A stretch of 64,000 nt of DNA from NCBI GenBank assembly GCA_020137815.1, contig CM035351.1, positions 6,014,001-6,078,000 of the forward strand, in the 5' to 3' direction. The DNA comes from Hormiphora californensis (Eukaryota > Animalia > Ctenophora). Each line of letters starts with the position of its first letter. Positions within the stretch are counted from its first letter, which is position 1. Both the position numbers and the translations under genes were made by a program. A model generated the notes under the pieces. It saw only the letters and a program-made list of their open reading frames with translations, had not been told where the DNA came from and made no database searches. Shown here in pieces: positions 49,199 through 60,834 of the stretch.

Positions 49199-50963
49199 GG
49201 GTACGCTAACCAAAAATTTTTTTCGAGTGCAGGGAAATCTCTCACCGTAGGGTTGTAGGCCATGCCAAGGAGACCTCAAATATGCAATTTGAGCTCTCAA
49301 GTCGAATTCATATTTTTGCTACAGCTGCTTGAAAAATGAACTGAAAATAAGTTTTTGGCATCTTAAAAATACATTTGTAAAGATAGAATCATAAAAATTT
49401 GTGGATTTGAAGAGGACAAAGAGGTGAGTAGCCACAAAATTTTTTTTGAAATCCGAGCTGATTTCCGGTCCTGAGATGGATTTCTTTTTTTTGACTTTAA
49501 CGCCATATTTGGCAAAGTTCCGAAAACATGTGAAAGCTGTAAATTGGTGAAAAGTTGCGTCTAACGATTATCTAAGTGGCCATAAATTTTGGGCGTGTCC
49601 TTATTTGAGATAAGCTGTACAGAGGTTTTTTTGTGAAAGCCGTCATTTCAGAAATAAATAAATCCCCTGTATCTCAAAAACGGATGATCGTAGAGACCTG
49701 AGACTTTGCTTAAACGATTCAGAAGGTCCGATTTTGGGGGGGTCTTCTGAGAGACATTTTGCTCCTACTTCAACCGTTTTTGCTGTAATTGCGAAAAACA
49801 AATTCTATGAAAAGGGCAAAAGCTAAAATCCAATATCCTGTAATTAGGGAATTTTAGCTAAGAAAGGACCGAAACTATGGAAAAATGTGTAACAAGCTAA
49901 TTCCTTCACTATTTGGTCCATATGGGTCCCTATAATCACCAAAAACAAAATCACAAAAAATCCACGATGGCGAAGATGGGTTTTTGTTTTTCGCAATTAC
50001 AGCAAAAACGGTTGAAGTAGGAGCAAAATGTCTCTCAGAAGACCCCCCCAAAATCGGACCTTCTGAATCGTTTAAGCATAGTCTCAGGTCTCTACGATCA
50101 GCCGTTTTTGAGATACAGGGGATTTATTTATTTCTGAAATGACGGCTTTCACAAAAAAAACTCTGTACAGCTTATCTCAAATAAGGACACGCCCAAAATT
50201 TATGGCCACTTAGATAATCGTTAGACGCAACTTTTCACCAATTTACAGCTTTCACATGTTTTCGGAACTTTGCCAAATAGGGCGTTAAAGTGGAAAAAAA
50301 GAAATCCATCTCAGGACCGGAAATCAGCTCGGATTGCAAAAAAAATTTTTGTGGTTATTCACCTTCATGTCCTCTTCAAATCCCCAAATTTTCATGCTCC
50401 TATCATTAAAAAAATTTTTTGAGATGCCAAAAACGTATTTTCAGGACATTTTTTAAACAGCTGTAGCAAAAATATGAATTCGACTTAAGGGCTAAAATTG
50501 CATATTTGAGGTCTCCTTGGTATGGCCTACAACCCTACGGTGAGAGATTTCCCTGCACTCGAAAACAAGAATAACTGCATTATGTTTCATAATGCTATGT
50601 TTCCCCGCCAACCTCTATTTTCATAACTTTCTAAATCTAATGTGAAGGCTGGCCAGACATTTCTCATCATTTATCAATCACTCAAACCGTATGGAACTTG
50701 GTCTTGTGTTTTAGTAGCACTAAATTGCATGCCACAATGCACAGCTCACATTTCCTGAAAACGTGCCATTGAAGTATTTGATGAAGGAGCAACACCGTTG
50801 TCCCTCGCAACTGAGCGTGTTACAGCCAGTTTTGTGACCGTGACACCTCACTAGTATGTAAACTTGTCGAATTCTAAACCCCTATGCCTTTTTACAAAAG
50901 GCATCCGGGTGAATGCCTTCGGCATTCACCCGGGCGGGGAAAAAATTTTTGGTTAGCGTACCC
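49199..50963. mobile_element. Second Kolobok-like foldback element
   Basis: TTAA|gggtacgctaacc...ggttagcgtaccc|TTAA, homologous to 37209-38516. Has a ~180-bp spacer and an insertion in the right arm. Confidence 0.9.
50566..50939 (+). mobile_element. Nested insertion, Helentron/HINE-like
   Basis: Absent from the other three arms. Inserted in an A-run with no evident TSD. Ends with hairpin ccgggtgaatgcc-ttc-ggcattcacccgg. Confidence 0.55.
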
Positions 50964-50984
50964 TTAACCTATCCTTAGTCAGAT

Positions 50985-52587
50985 ATGCCAATAGGAAGAG
51001 GCCGAGCTCGACCAGCAGCAGCTGATTCCCGGCCTCCCGGTGCTGACTCCAATCCTCAACCTCTCTTTAACGAAACGCCGCCATCCCGTCCACCGATAGC
51101 AACACCCACTCTTCCACAACCCCAAGTCGTCAGAGAACCCCAGAAACCAGTCGAACAGTCATCGGACATAGACGAAACTTTATATGAAGCCGTTTTTGAG
51201 GCAGACAGGTCTGAGTCATGGATAGGTGATTGGGCTTTAAAATGTATGAAACAATCGTATGGTAATAGAGAGAGATGTAAAAAGCTGATAAGTGTCATGA
51301 CTCGGTTGGACGGGAGTAATAACCAACATAAACAGGTATCCAAAAAGTTACTGCATACCTAGATGATGTGGTATTTCTTCCACATCCCCTATTTAATTGA
51401 ACTGTTCGTACTGTCTATGAACTCCCCAGAGGCAGGGAATTCACTGCCCGTTTCACCTCCGATAAACAATTAAAATCGCCCCCTTAGATTCTCAAGATAT
51501 TCATGAACCTATTGAGTGGGGAGTGCAAGAGGTTGGTCTATGATGGTGTAAACAGCAATACTGCAACCGATGTTGCTAACTTTACTTACCTTTTAGCTCA
51601 GGTAAATGTTATTGAATCTCACAATAATAGGCCAGGGCCCAAGGGTTATACCGTATATTGGTAAACACTCACTTCTCTCTCAGTTGATTTTTACAACATT
51701 TTAAAACTTTTTAAACTCCATTTGTAAACTATAATTCCCCTAGACGGCAATGTATGTGAAGACGTTCTCGGGGAAACCAATTTACAAGCTATCAGATACA
51801 GTCCTAGAAAAGTTGTGTTCAATAAGTCAGCCTGGCCTTCCCTCACAGGTACATCATCACTCTTCAATTCCTTCAACTTTTTAACAAGTTCTTTTTAGTA
51901 TGTATGATAAAAAACACATACCCCTCTGCCCTTTGATTACAAACTGAAATAACGGTAGTTTTGAGTTTGTATAAACTGCTCACCGGCTAGTCCGTGCTAG
52001 GGCACTGTTTTGATCTCGGCCCAATGGACATGATCTATTCATGAAACTCGCTATCTCTCTCATCAGGTGTATGAGCTTGTTTATGCTACACTTCTGGAGT
52101 TTACCCAATTTGAGGAATACCTGTCTCTTGCTGGAAACGATATGTCTGGTCTGGCGGTACTGTACAACAACATCAGAAACATAGTCATAGCGGATGTTCC
52201 GGTAAAGGGGGTGAGAGATAGATAGAAAGAGACGGAGAGTTAGAATAGCGATAGAGAGGAGAGAGGAGGATCCCATAGCATACTTTGGAAACTTTTGGAA
52301 TTTTCAACTTTCTTTCAAAGTATTCCAAAGTATTCCAAAGTATACCAAAGTATACCATGGGAGCCCCCCCCCCCCCGAAGCTGAAGAGATAGATAGTGAT
52401 AGAAAGAGAGAGAGAGAGAGAGAGAAAGGAGAAGACAGATCTTCATTATAGACACCTGACACTTCCTTTTCAGCACACTGATGTTAGGATTCCTATGTTG
52501 GAGCTGTTAGAGCGAAAAGCATACGGGGAGAAGTTGCCAGAGTCTGTGAAAGCATTTTACGCACCATATTCCCCTATAATGGCCTGA
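50985..52587 (+). CDS. MIF4G domain-containing protein (MIF4GD/SLIP1/CTIF-like), multi-exon
   Basis: Helical repeats (IFMNLLSGECKR, VYELVYATLL) and C-terminal VRIPMLELLERKAYGEKLPESVKAFY, resembling the MIF4GD/CTIF end motif. Exons 50985-51335, 51488-51601, probably 51684-51849, 52068-52201 and 52474-52587. Confidence 0.6.
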
Positions 52588-52957
52588 TGAGGACAGATAT
52601 AATTTGTTGCTGTGAGACACTGAAATAGTGGTCAAAGTAGTGTTTTTACTATATTGTTCCGGGCCCCGGTATTAGATTAATGTCTGATCGCACTGTCCAT
52701 ATTGAAGTGAGAATAATATTTTCTTGCTGCTCCTGCTGTAATAAATAACCCGCTCTCTATATATTTTCATATAACCAGAGAAACTGAGACAAAGTGAATG
52801 ACATTTTAATATACAAATCATATTTAATCAATTTTATTTAATGTTCATTATTCAGTTGTTTCTTTACTCCTGTGACATTGATAAGGCGATCGAATAAACT
52901 CGCTAAATCCAATTTGAAAGCAGGCATAAACAGTTTTCTGACCAAAGCTTTAGCACC

Positions 52958-54484
52958 ATGGCAGATGAAACATCTCCTGGGGAGGAGAACTCTGCAGCCA
53001 GAGCAGCCCACAGACTCTCCACAGCTAAGGTAACGATCGATATTGCCTTGTTTGAACAAAACAAGTTCGATCTACCAGAACTATGATAACTTCTACACCC
53101 CCTCCCTAGCTCGCGAAAAGGGGGTCGAGGTAATAATATTGTAAAGGAGGGTCAGAACATAACACTCCCTCCTACATCTCAGTATATCGAGGCACAGCGG
53201 GCCATGTCAGAAATGCAGTCTGAGTGTCCCAGTAGTGGTGGAGGTGGTGGTGAAATTCCCCCTGAGTGTCCCATGCACCAGAGCAACAACGACCAGAAGT
53301 TGGATGGGGACAACATGATGCCTCCCCCTAACCAGAGGCCTGCATTTGATCAGCCCTTCCCTCTTGACCAAGGCAGGGAAACAAGTTCCATACCTCGTCA
53401 TGGCACGGGTTAGTTTGGCAATGACCCAACTCCTTATCCTTTATTTTATCTACTGCTCTTTTCTACTTCCCCCATCTTCTATATCCCCACCCCCTCCAAC
53501 CCTCTCCCACTTCATCCCACTCAAACCCCCACTCAGGTAAGAACTGGGTGTACCCGAGTGAACAAATGTTCTGGAATGCTATGACCCGGAAAGGGTGGAA
53601 CTGGAGAGATGAAAAGGAGGATGTCACCCCTCAATCCATCTCAGAGATCATCAAAATTCATAATTTTAACAACGAGAAGGCCTGGCATGAGGTATAGTGT
53701 TGTCTTACAAGAACTGTTTAATTATTTTTGGCAGTGAAATTGCAGTGAAATTGCAGTGAAGTGTATTTCAGATAGCCCAAAATCTTTTAACTGAATCAAT
53801 TTACATCATTCATCCCTTTGTCATGTACATCGTCGATACCCAGCACACCCTACCCAACATGGTTGTGAAACCTGACAGATATCACCTTCTATATTCCGAT
53901 CCATGGCTGCCATCACTTTATCCTTCCCCCATTTCAGATTCTCCTGTGGGAGAAATTCTACGACGAGGAGTGTGGGGATCCTCAGTTGGTGAAATTCCAA
54001 GGTCGACCCAAGGATATGTCACCAAAAGCACGCTTTCTGACAACCTTCAAATCGTGGCCAAAACCCTTTGACAGACACGACTGGATTGTTAACCGGTGTG
54101 GCACTGAGGTAAAACTTCCTCTTTCATTTCTTTCAGGATACTTTAAACTTTTCAAAAATTTATTGCTTCGTTTGAGGTTTCGTTCGCCTTTTCCAACACT
54201 ATTCCTCCGTCCTCGAATACCCCCTCTTATCCTATCCCCTCCTATATCAGGTGCGATACATCCTTGATTACTATGATGTCGGTTTTGAGAACAGTGACGA
54301 CTCTGTTCTGATCGATGTTCGACCTGCCATTGATTCATTCTCTGCAATGAAAGATCGATTCAAGGTGTTCATGTTACGAAATGCCCCCACAGTTGCCACA
54401 TTCCTATTTGAATACCCCATGATACCAAAAGGAATGGACCCTGTCGAGGTTTCACGAACTGAGGGAAACGATAACCATTCGTAG
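52958..54484 (+). CDS. HCCS: Holocytochrome c synthase (5 exons)
   Basis: CP heme motifs (ECPS, ECPM), [72 protein letters not shown]. Confidence 0.97.
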
Positions 54485-55421
54485 TGGGTGAAGGAAACTG
54501 TTAAATTATTATTAGTCTAGTGTTTGTGTGGGTGTTTTTGTTTTGCTAACAAATGCTGATGTTATGTGACCCTTGCAGCTGTTTTTTGGATGGTTCATTC
54601 ACCTTTGTAAAACATTGATTCTTGATTCGTGTGTTTGGTTGAAAACGGAAAATGTGGAGGGCGCGAGTACTCTCTTGCTATGGAAGTACAGCACTCTGTG
54701 CGCTCAGCCGCCTCGCGCGAGCTGAAAGTCTGAACTTCAAGCTGAACTTCAACTTCGGAATTGGATTTGTTCCAAAACCATGGGCTATTGACACTCGTTT
54801 TTTATTCGAGTTCTTCAAGCCAAGGTTTTATGGGCCTCATAAATTAGATAATTCGTAATGATGTGCATCTCATATCATCGCTGCATGTGATTTGCCACGC
54901 GCAAATATAACGCCGCGCATAAAAAGCGTTGCACCGCGCCTTCTGATCTCGCAAATCTTAAAAAATCGTGCCAACTTTTTGTTTTCTGAAAACTCAAACT
55001 ATGGTGGTATAAATGGCTACCCCGCATATTTCAACTGTTTTGTGTAATAAATTCCTTGTTTACCTCTAATTCCTTTGCTTAAATCTGAATATCTCTTAAA
55101 AATTTGGATTTTGAAAAATAAAAATCTAAAAACTAAAACCTGAAACCGGAAAAGAAAAATACAAAAAATAAAATACAAAAAATAAAATAGAAAAGTAAAA
55201 TTCTAAAAAATGAAATTTCTGAAAAAGAAAGAAAAAAACTGAAAAGTTGATTTTCCTGAAAAGTTGTTTTCTGGATTCATGGTAGAAATGGCTACTTGGT
55301 AGAAATGGCTACCCGCATGGCGCTGAAAAGACACGTCGATAACGAGGTAGAACAAATTTCTCTCTCTTTCTCTCTCTTTCTTTCTCTCTCTCCCTCTTTC
55401 TTTCTCTCTCTCTCTCTCTCT

Positions 55422-55495
55422 CGGTCCACTACACGCACCACTCCCACACGGGGCCGTAAGGCCCCGTGCGAGAACAGGGTTAAATCCCCCGAGCC
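55422..55495 (-). mobile_element. 3'-end fragment of the RLE retroelement next to (TC)n
   Basis: Near-identical to 8019-8092 and preceded by a TC-rich run. Confidence 0.75.
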
Positions 55496-57420
55496 CTCTA
55501 TGGCGGTGCATGAGTGCACGATGAATTTTTTAACAAAAAAAAGAAAAAATGAAAAAGAAAATTAAAAAAAATTGAAAAAAAGTGGAAAAATAAAAATAAA
55601 ATTGAAAAAATTGAAATTTCGCGTGCACTCATGCACCGCGTAAACCGTAAATCGGCTCAAAAGTGCACGCGCGTTACATGTCGCGGCGAAATATTACAAA
55701 ATAAGCTGCTTTTTTGCGGCGCGCAATTTTATTCTCATTTTGGCCAAAATTCCAACCAAATTTGGTTGGAATTTTTTACTTTTTTACCAAATTTCTGCGT
55801 TGGAGTTGTCTTTAACCAAATTTCAACCCCAACATCTGGTCGAACCCAACGTGTATGAGACTCATTTTGATTAATTCTAGATATGGTTACCCCTTTCTCT
55901 CTTCAGCAGCTTCTCCTTGGCTGATGAAATGTGATACCAATCGGTAACGGGTAAACCACCTCAAGAGCCATCAAAAAGGAGACTTGAAGGATAAGGATTT
56001 AGCTACTATTTTCTTCCATAACACCCAATCTATGATCTATCCCTCCCTTCTCAGATGCTGTGAGCGAAGTGATGCGGGAACTGTCAACTGGGAGTACAAG
56101 CACCAGTACTATTTGATATGGATGCTCTGCCTAAAGAACGTCATTACTAAGCCAAAGGGGTCAACAGATGTCAGAGTTCTCGTAAATCGACCAGCTGCCG
56201 TGAGGACCGCTGACGCTGCCGTGAGGACCCCTTCCCCGGACATTGCCGTGAGGACCGCTGCCGTGAGGATCCGGACGCTTCAAAGAGGAACCCTGCCGCT
56301 ACCGAGAGGACACCTTCCCCCACTCCAATAGCCGCTGACAAGAGAACCGCCGCCTACCACAACCGATAATCCAGCTGCTGAGATGTCCCCGCATCATGGT
56401 AAGTTAACAAACGAAAACCCCTCCCCCAGGCGCCATCAGTGATGGCCCATCACTCATGACGCATCAATCCCATGTGACATGCCATTGTTATCCACTATCT
56501 TTCCAACTTATTTTCTTCCATAAAATCCAATCTATGATCTACCCCTCCCTTCTCAGATACTGTGAGCGAAGTGATGCGGGAACTGTCAACTGGGAGTACA
56601 AGCACCAGTACCATTTGATATGGACCAAATTACCCAAGTAATTACGAAGTGTGTGGATGCTGCGGTAACTAGGGCACTGGCTAATTACCAGTTAATGAAC
56701 CCCCGACATCTACACCCGCTACAGAGGAAGAACGACCGAGAAGAAAAAGAAGGAAGCAGGAGGTGACACGTGCGCCTCTGCCTTTGAATGATTGTACCAA
56801 TTTGCCTGATATCCCGAAGGAGAATCCACACTTCGAGGTAACATTTTACATTCTAAACCCCTGATTTCCGAATTAATTGTTCTCATCTCAATTTCAAGAA
56901 TATTACACGGGTCCTTACTGTGGCTGAGATCCCATAAAAATGTAAACTCGATGTTGCTCGATATCACACAGCACATTATGGCTTCACCTGTGAAACTTAG
57001 CACCACAGCTAGGTCCCATTCCCATTTGAGAGAGACTAATTTGAACATTCAACAGGTCAATAACAAAATGCTGGTGTGTAAGTTGTGTGTAAAGAACCCT
57101 ACCGAGGCACTCAACATAAACTTCCCGCAAACTCGGTACGGAGATGATGGGAAGCAGTCGGTGCTATGGACTAAGAAGATGTGACGGCTTCTAGACAGGT
57201 CCTTTTCAACGCAAAACACAGTGTGTCTTACAGGTGAGGCCATGTTTTATATTTAATTGTATACAGACATACAGTATATCATTTTTGAACATTGCATAAA
57301 ACAGAAAGCTAGTATGTGCGGTGTGAAAATGATTGTTATAATATTTCATGTGACTGTGATTTGTGGGGATTGCGTCCTCAGGAGAACTCGACAGGGCAAT
57401 GAAATTTTCCTGGAGTACTG

Positions 57421-57476
57421 TACAATAACAAACACGAGTGTTTTAGAATTCTAAAACACTCGTGTTTGTTATTGTA
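57421..57476. repeat. Perfect 56-bp palindrome
   Basis: tacaataacaaacacgagtgttttagaa|ttctaaaacactcgtgtttgttattgta. Confidence 0.95.
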
Positions 57477-57667
57477 ATATTTCATGTGTAAATTAATGTA
57501 AATAAGAGTTTTTTATGAAGGAGCAGTATCGTGGATTCGGTTGTTTGTTGTTTTTGGCTTCTGTTTATGTTGTGTGTGTTTGCCGTTTGGTCCAGTCTTT
57601 TACAATTTTGTCCCCTATGTACATATTGATGTCTTATGTAATGTGTTAATGTAAATTCCCCCATAGC

Positions 57668-57703
57668 ATTATTGATAATGGCCGTACAGCCGAAACGTCT
57701 AAT
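57668..57703 (+). ncRNA. Candidate minimal type I hammerhead ribozyme (Penelope-type)
   Basis: atta-TTGATAA-t-ggc(cgtaca)gcc-GAAA-cg-TC-taat: stem I, core, stem II, and palindromic ACGT stem III. Confidence 0.45.
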
Positions 57704-58340
57704 AAATGAGCGTCTTCGATGTCATATCGATGAAACCAAGATAAAATGACCTTTGACTAAACTCCAGATTATTTCAGGCAGTTTGCGGGACAAGTGGAGG
57801 TCTCCATTATCAATGGGGAGGAGTGGGGAAACATGGGACATAACGATCATCTGCCACCGAAGGTGATTGATACCACGTTTCAAATTCAACCAAGAAAACT
57901 GGGGCAGTTCTTGAATGAAAATGATTTCACGGTAACGGCAGACAAGGGTACTTCCATGGGAAGGTAGTTCATTGTTAATTCATGGATAGACTAATTGTAG
58001 TTTCAGGTGTGCCCGGTAGCCGGTTTCCAAATGATGAGAAACTTCAAAGGTCAAACATAGTGACCAAGTGATAATAATATTCTGAATATTCTGAATTCTC
58101 AGGAAGCGGCTGATCATCGCTGTGCGGACCGGTAACTGTATTTGTCACGTTGGCCACCCCTGTGTGGGGATGAAAAACGATGGTGATACCCCGGGGAAGC
58201 TTGTGTACGATTCCATCTGTGCACTTGGTGTTACTCCGACCGGCTTCATGGAGCACTTCAAAGGAGTATGCTATGATGGCCAGCTTGTGAAAATACATGT
58301 AGGTTTTTAATTACACTGCATACACTCCAGAGTCCACAAT

Positions 58341-58540
58341 CCAGGGAGACTGAATCACTTCAAATGTCCAGGGGTTCACTCTCCCCTTTCCCAGGGAGAC
58401 TGAACCACTTCAAATGTCCAGGGGTTCACTCTCCACTTTCCCAGGGAGACTGAACCACTTCAAATGTCCAGGGGTTCACTCTCCCCTTTCCCAGGGAGAC
58501 AGAACCACTTCAAATATCCAGGGGTTCAATATCCACTCTG
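58341..58540. repeat. 50-bp minisatellite (4 copies)
   Basis: ccagggagactgaaccacttcaaatgtccaggggttcactctcccctttc. A diverged single unit lies at ~58885-58935. Confidence 0.9.
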
Positions 58541-59553
58541 TCTCCTCACCAACTTCCAGGGATTGTTGATAAGACCTCTCTCCTCTCAATTCCCCACTCC
58601 TCTATCTTACTAACTCCCCTCTCTTCAGATTATCACATGCTGGACCAGAGAAATGTATTGCTAATTGTTGCTATACAGATGAGTTTACTGAATATGAAGC
58701 GATCAGGCTCCTAAATTGATAGACTGTCTCACACAGAGGTCATTTATATGATGATTGGTGATGAACGGAAACTGTGTGCCAATGGACCATATTGTTAGTT
58801 CAGGTAAGAACAGTTGAATCTCCTGCTAAGGGTATAGGTAGGGTGGTTTATCGTCTCCTTTCAAAGGGGTGTACTCTCCCTTTCCCCGAAGAGACTGGAC
58901 CCATTCAAAACGTCCGGAGGTTCACTCTCCCTTTGAAGTCTGAACTCTGAACCCCCACTAACTCCCGGGGATCGGTCATCGGGCACCCATGGGGCAGTAT
59001 ATTATAGTTTACACTGTCCAGCGAATCAATGTAGCGGGTGACCCGCTCAATATTAACCCGGGTTTATTGATTAGGGTAGCGACTGACTTTTTGAAACGTT
59101 TGAAACGGTGGCTAATTTGGAACACCCCCTCCAGAGTTCAGTAGGTGCACCCGATTTGGATTTTTAGACATCAGTAGGCTAGTCCGAACTCATGCCAAGC
59201 TCACTGATGTCTAAAATCCAAATCTGGTGCCGCCGTTTCAAATAGCCAGTCGCTTTCCATATATAGGACTAATATAATACTTGTTTCAGGTTGCCAAAGC
59301 TAAAGTAACGAGTGTCAAACATCAAGTGTTTACTTGTGCTGTTGCACCGACCCCCGCACAACAACAATACAAGTGTTTACTACCTTCACTCCAATCGGTG
59401 TCCCCGATCCAAAGTTCTTGATTTCCGGAGTGTACTCAATAATTGTTTGAAACTCTATTTTGAAGAAGAAGTGACTTTATATAATTATACCTGTGTGGGA
59501 GAGAGAGAAAAAGAGAGAGAAAAATAGAGATGGAGAGAGAGGGAGAGAGAGAG

Positions 59554-59631
<78 letters not shown>

Positions 59632-59871
59632 CGAGAAAAAATATATATTGACTGTAAATTTTACTACCATTCTTCAAACAATATCGTATATCACGTGTTT
59701 TAGTTTGATTGACAATGAATAAGCGATCCACTTAAAAGAAAAGTGATGAACCTTTTTGCTGATGTTGGTGTGATGTCGGAATCGGTCTGTTTGGCGGCGC
59801 CATACCCCATTTGATTCTCACACACACAGTGCGCTCAGATGGGTCGCGGCGCCAGACAGGAATCGATAGGG

Positions 59872-60270
59872 TCTATGGCGGCGCATTGACGCAAAATCAA
59901 AAAAGTAAAAAACATGAAAAAAATACAAAAACATGTTTTGATTTTACTTCAAAAAGTAAAAAACATGAAAAAAATACAAAAACATGTTTCGATTTTGCGT
60001 CAATGCGCCACATAAGCCGGCTCAATGGCGCAAAATCATTTTTTTGAAAATTTTGATTTTGCGTTAATGCGCCACGTCGCCGGCTCAACGACGCAAAACA
60101 TGTTTTCAAAAATTTTGATTTTGCGTCAATGCGCCGGCTAACGTGGCGCATTGACGCAAAATCAAAATTTTTGAAAACATTTTTTTAAAAAACGTCTTTT
60201 GAAACACGTTTTTTATTTTATTTTTCATGTTTTTCATTTTTTTTATTTTGCGTCAATGCGCCGCCATAGA
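59872..60270. mobile_element. Palindromic MITE with tctatggcgg termini
   Basis: tctatggcggcgcattgacgcaaaat ... attttgcgtcaatgcgccgccataga, with internal gcgcattgacgcaaaatc repeats. Confidence 0.7.
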
Positions 60271-60683
60271 GCACTTGCTCGCGATTGCGTCTAGCGCGCG
60301 GTGAAAGTGAAAATTGTTAGCATTTAGCACGCGTGTGCACTTTTGAGCCGATTTACGGTTCACGTGGTGCATGAGTGCACGCGAAATTTCAAAGAAAACG
60401 AATTTTTTTCTTTTTTTTCAGTTTTTCTTTTTTTTCTTTTTCATTTTTCTTTTTTTTCAATTTTTCTTTTTTTTTTCTTTTTCATTTTTTCTTTTTTTGT
60501 TAAAAAATTCATCGTGCACTCATGCACCGCCATAGAGCATAGCCCCGACACAAACACGGTCCACACTCCATGGGCTGTGAGCTGGCCGAGTTTCCCAGTT
60601 TCGACTGATTTTACCAATTTTCCAATAGTGAAACCGTTAATGACAGAACTTTTTGGTAGTTTTTAGTAAATTGATATCTTGTA

Positions 60684-60834
60684 AAGTCGGATTTTTTGAA
60701 GTTGTCACCCCCCTTTTCGTGCGCGGAATGTTTTTGCGCGTCACATCACATGTTAACGTGTGGTGTGCGCGTCAAAATTCATAAATTTCACATGCGCGGT
60801 CATTTTGGGGTGACAACTTCAAAAAATCCGACTT
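60684..60834. mobile_element. TA-TSD MITE, with the empty site visible in the duplicated copy
   Basis: TA|aagtcggattttttgaagttgtcacccc...ggggtgacaacttcaaaaaatccgactt|TA. The paralogous site at ~63068 reads tatcttgTAcgtttg. Confidence 0.9.

Larger units (their letters stand above)
56556..58803 (+). pseudogene. Spliced hAT-family (ZNF862-like) transposase pseudogene
   Basis: Exon remnants: LVCKLC (Zn finger, ~57070), NGEEWGNMGHND...FTVTADKGTSMGR (57778-57962), FKGVCYDGQL (58102-58298) and ANGP (~58780). Contains in-frame stops and frameshifts. Confidence 0.6.
55496..60537 (+). mobile_element. Decayed DNA transposon with ~180-200-bp TIRs carrying an intron-containing hAT-like transposase
   Basis: Inverted blocks 55496-55672 and 60329-60537 (ctctatggcggtgcatgagtgcacg...). 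No TSD found. Confidence 0.55.
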
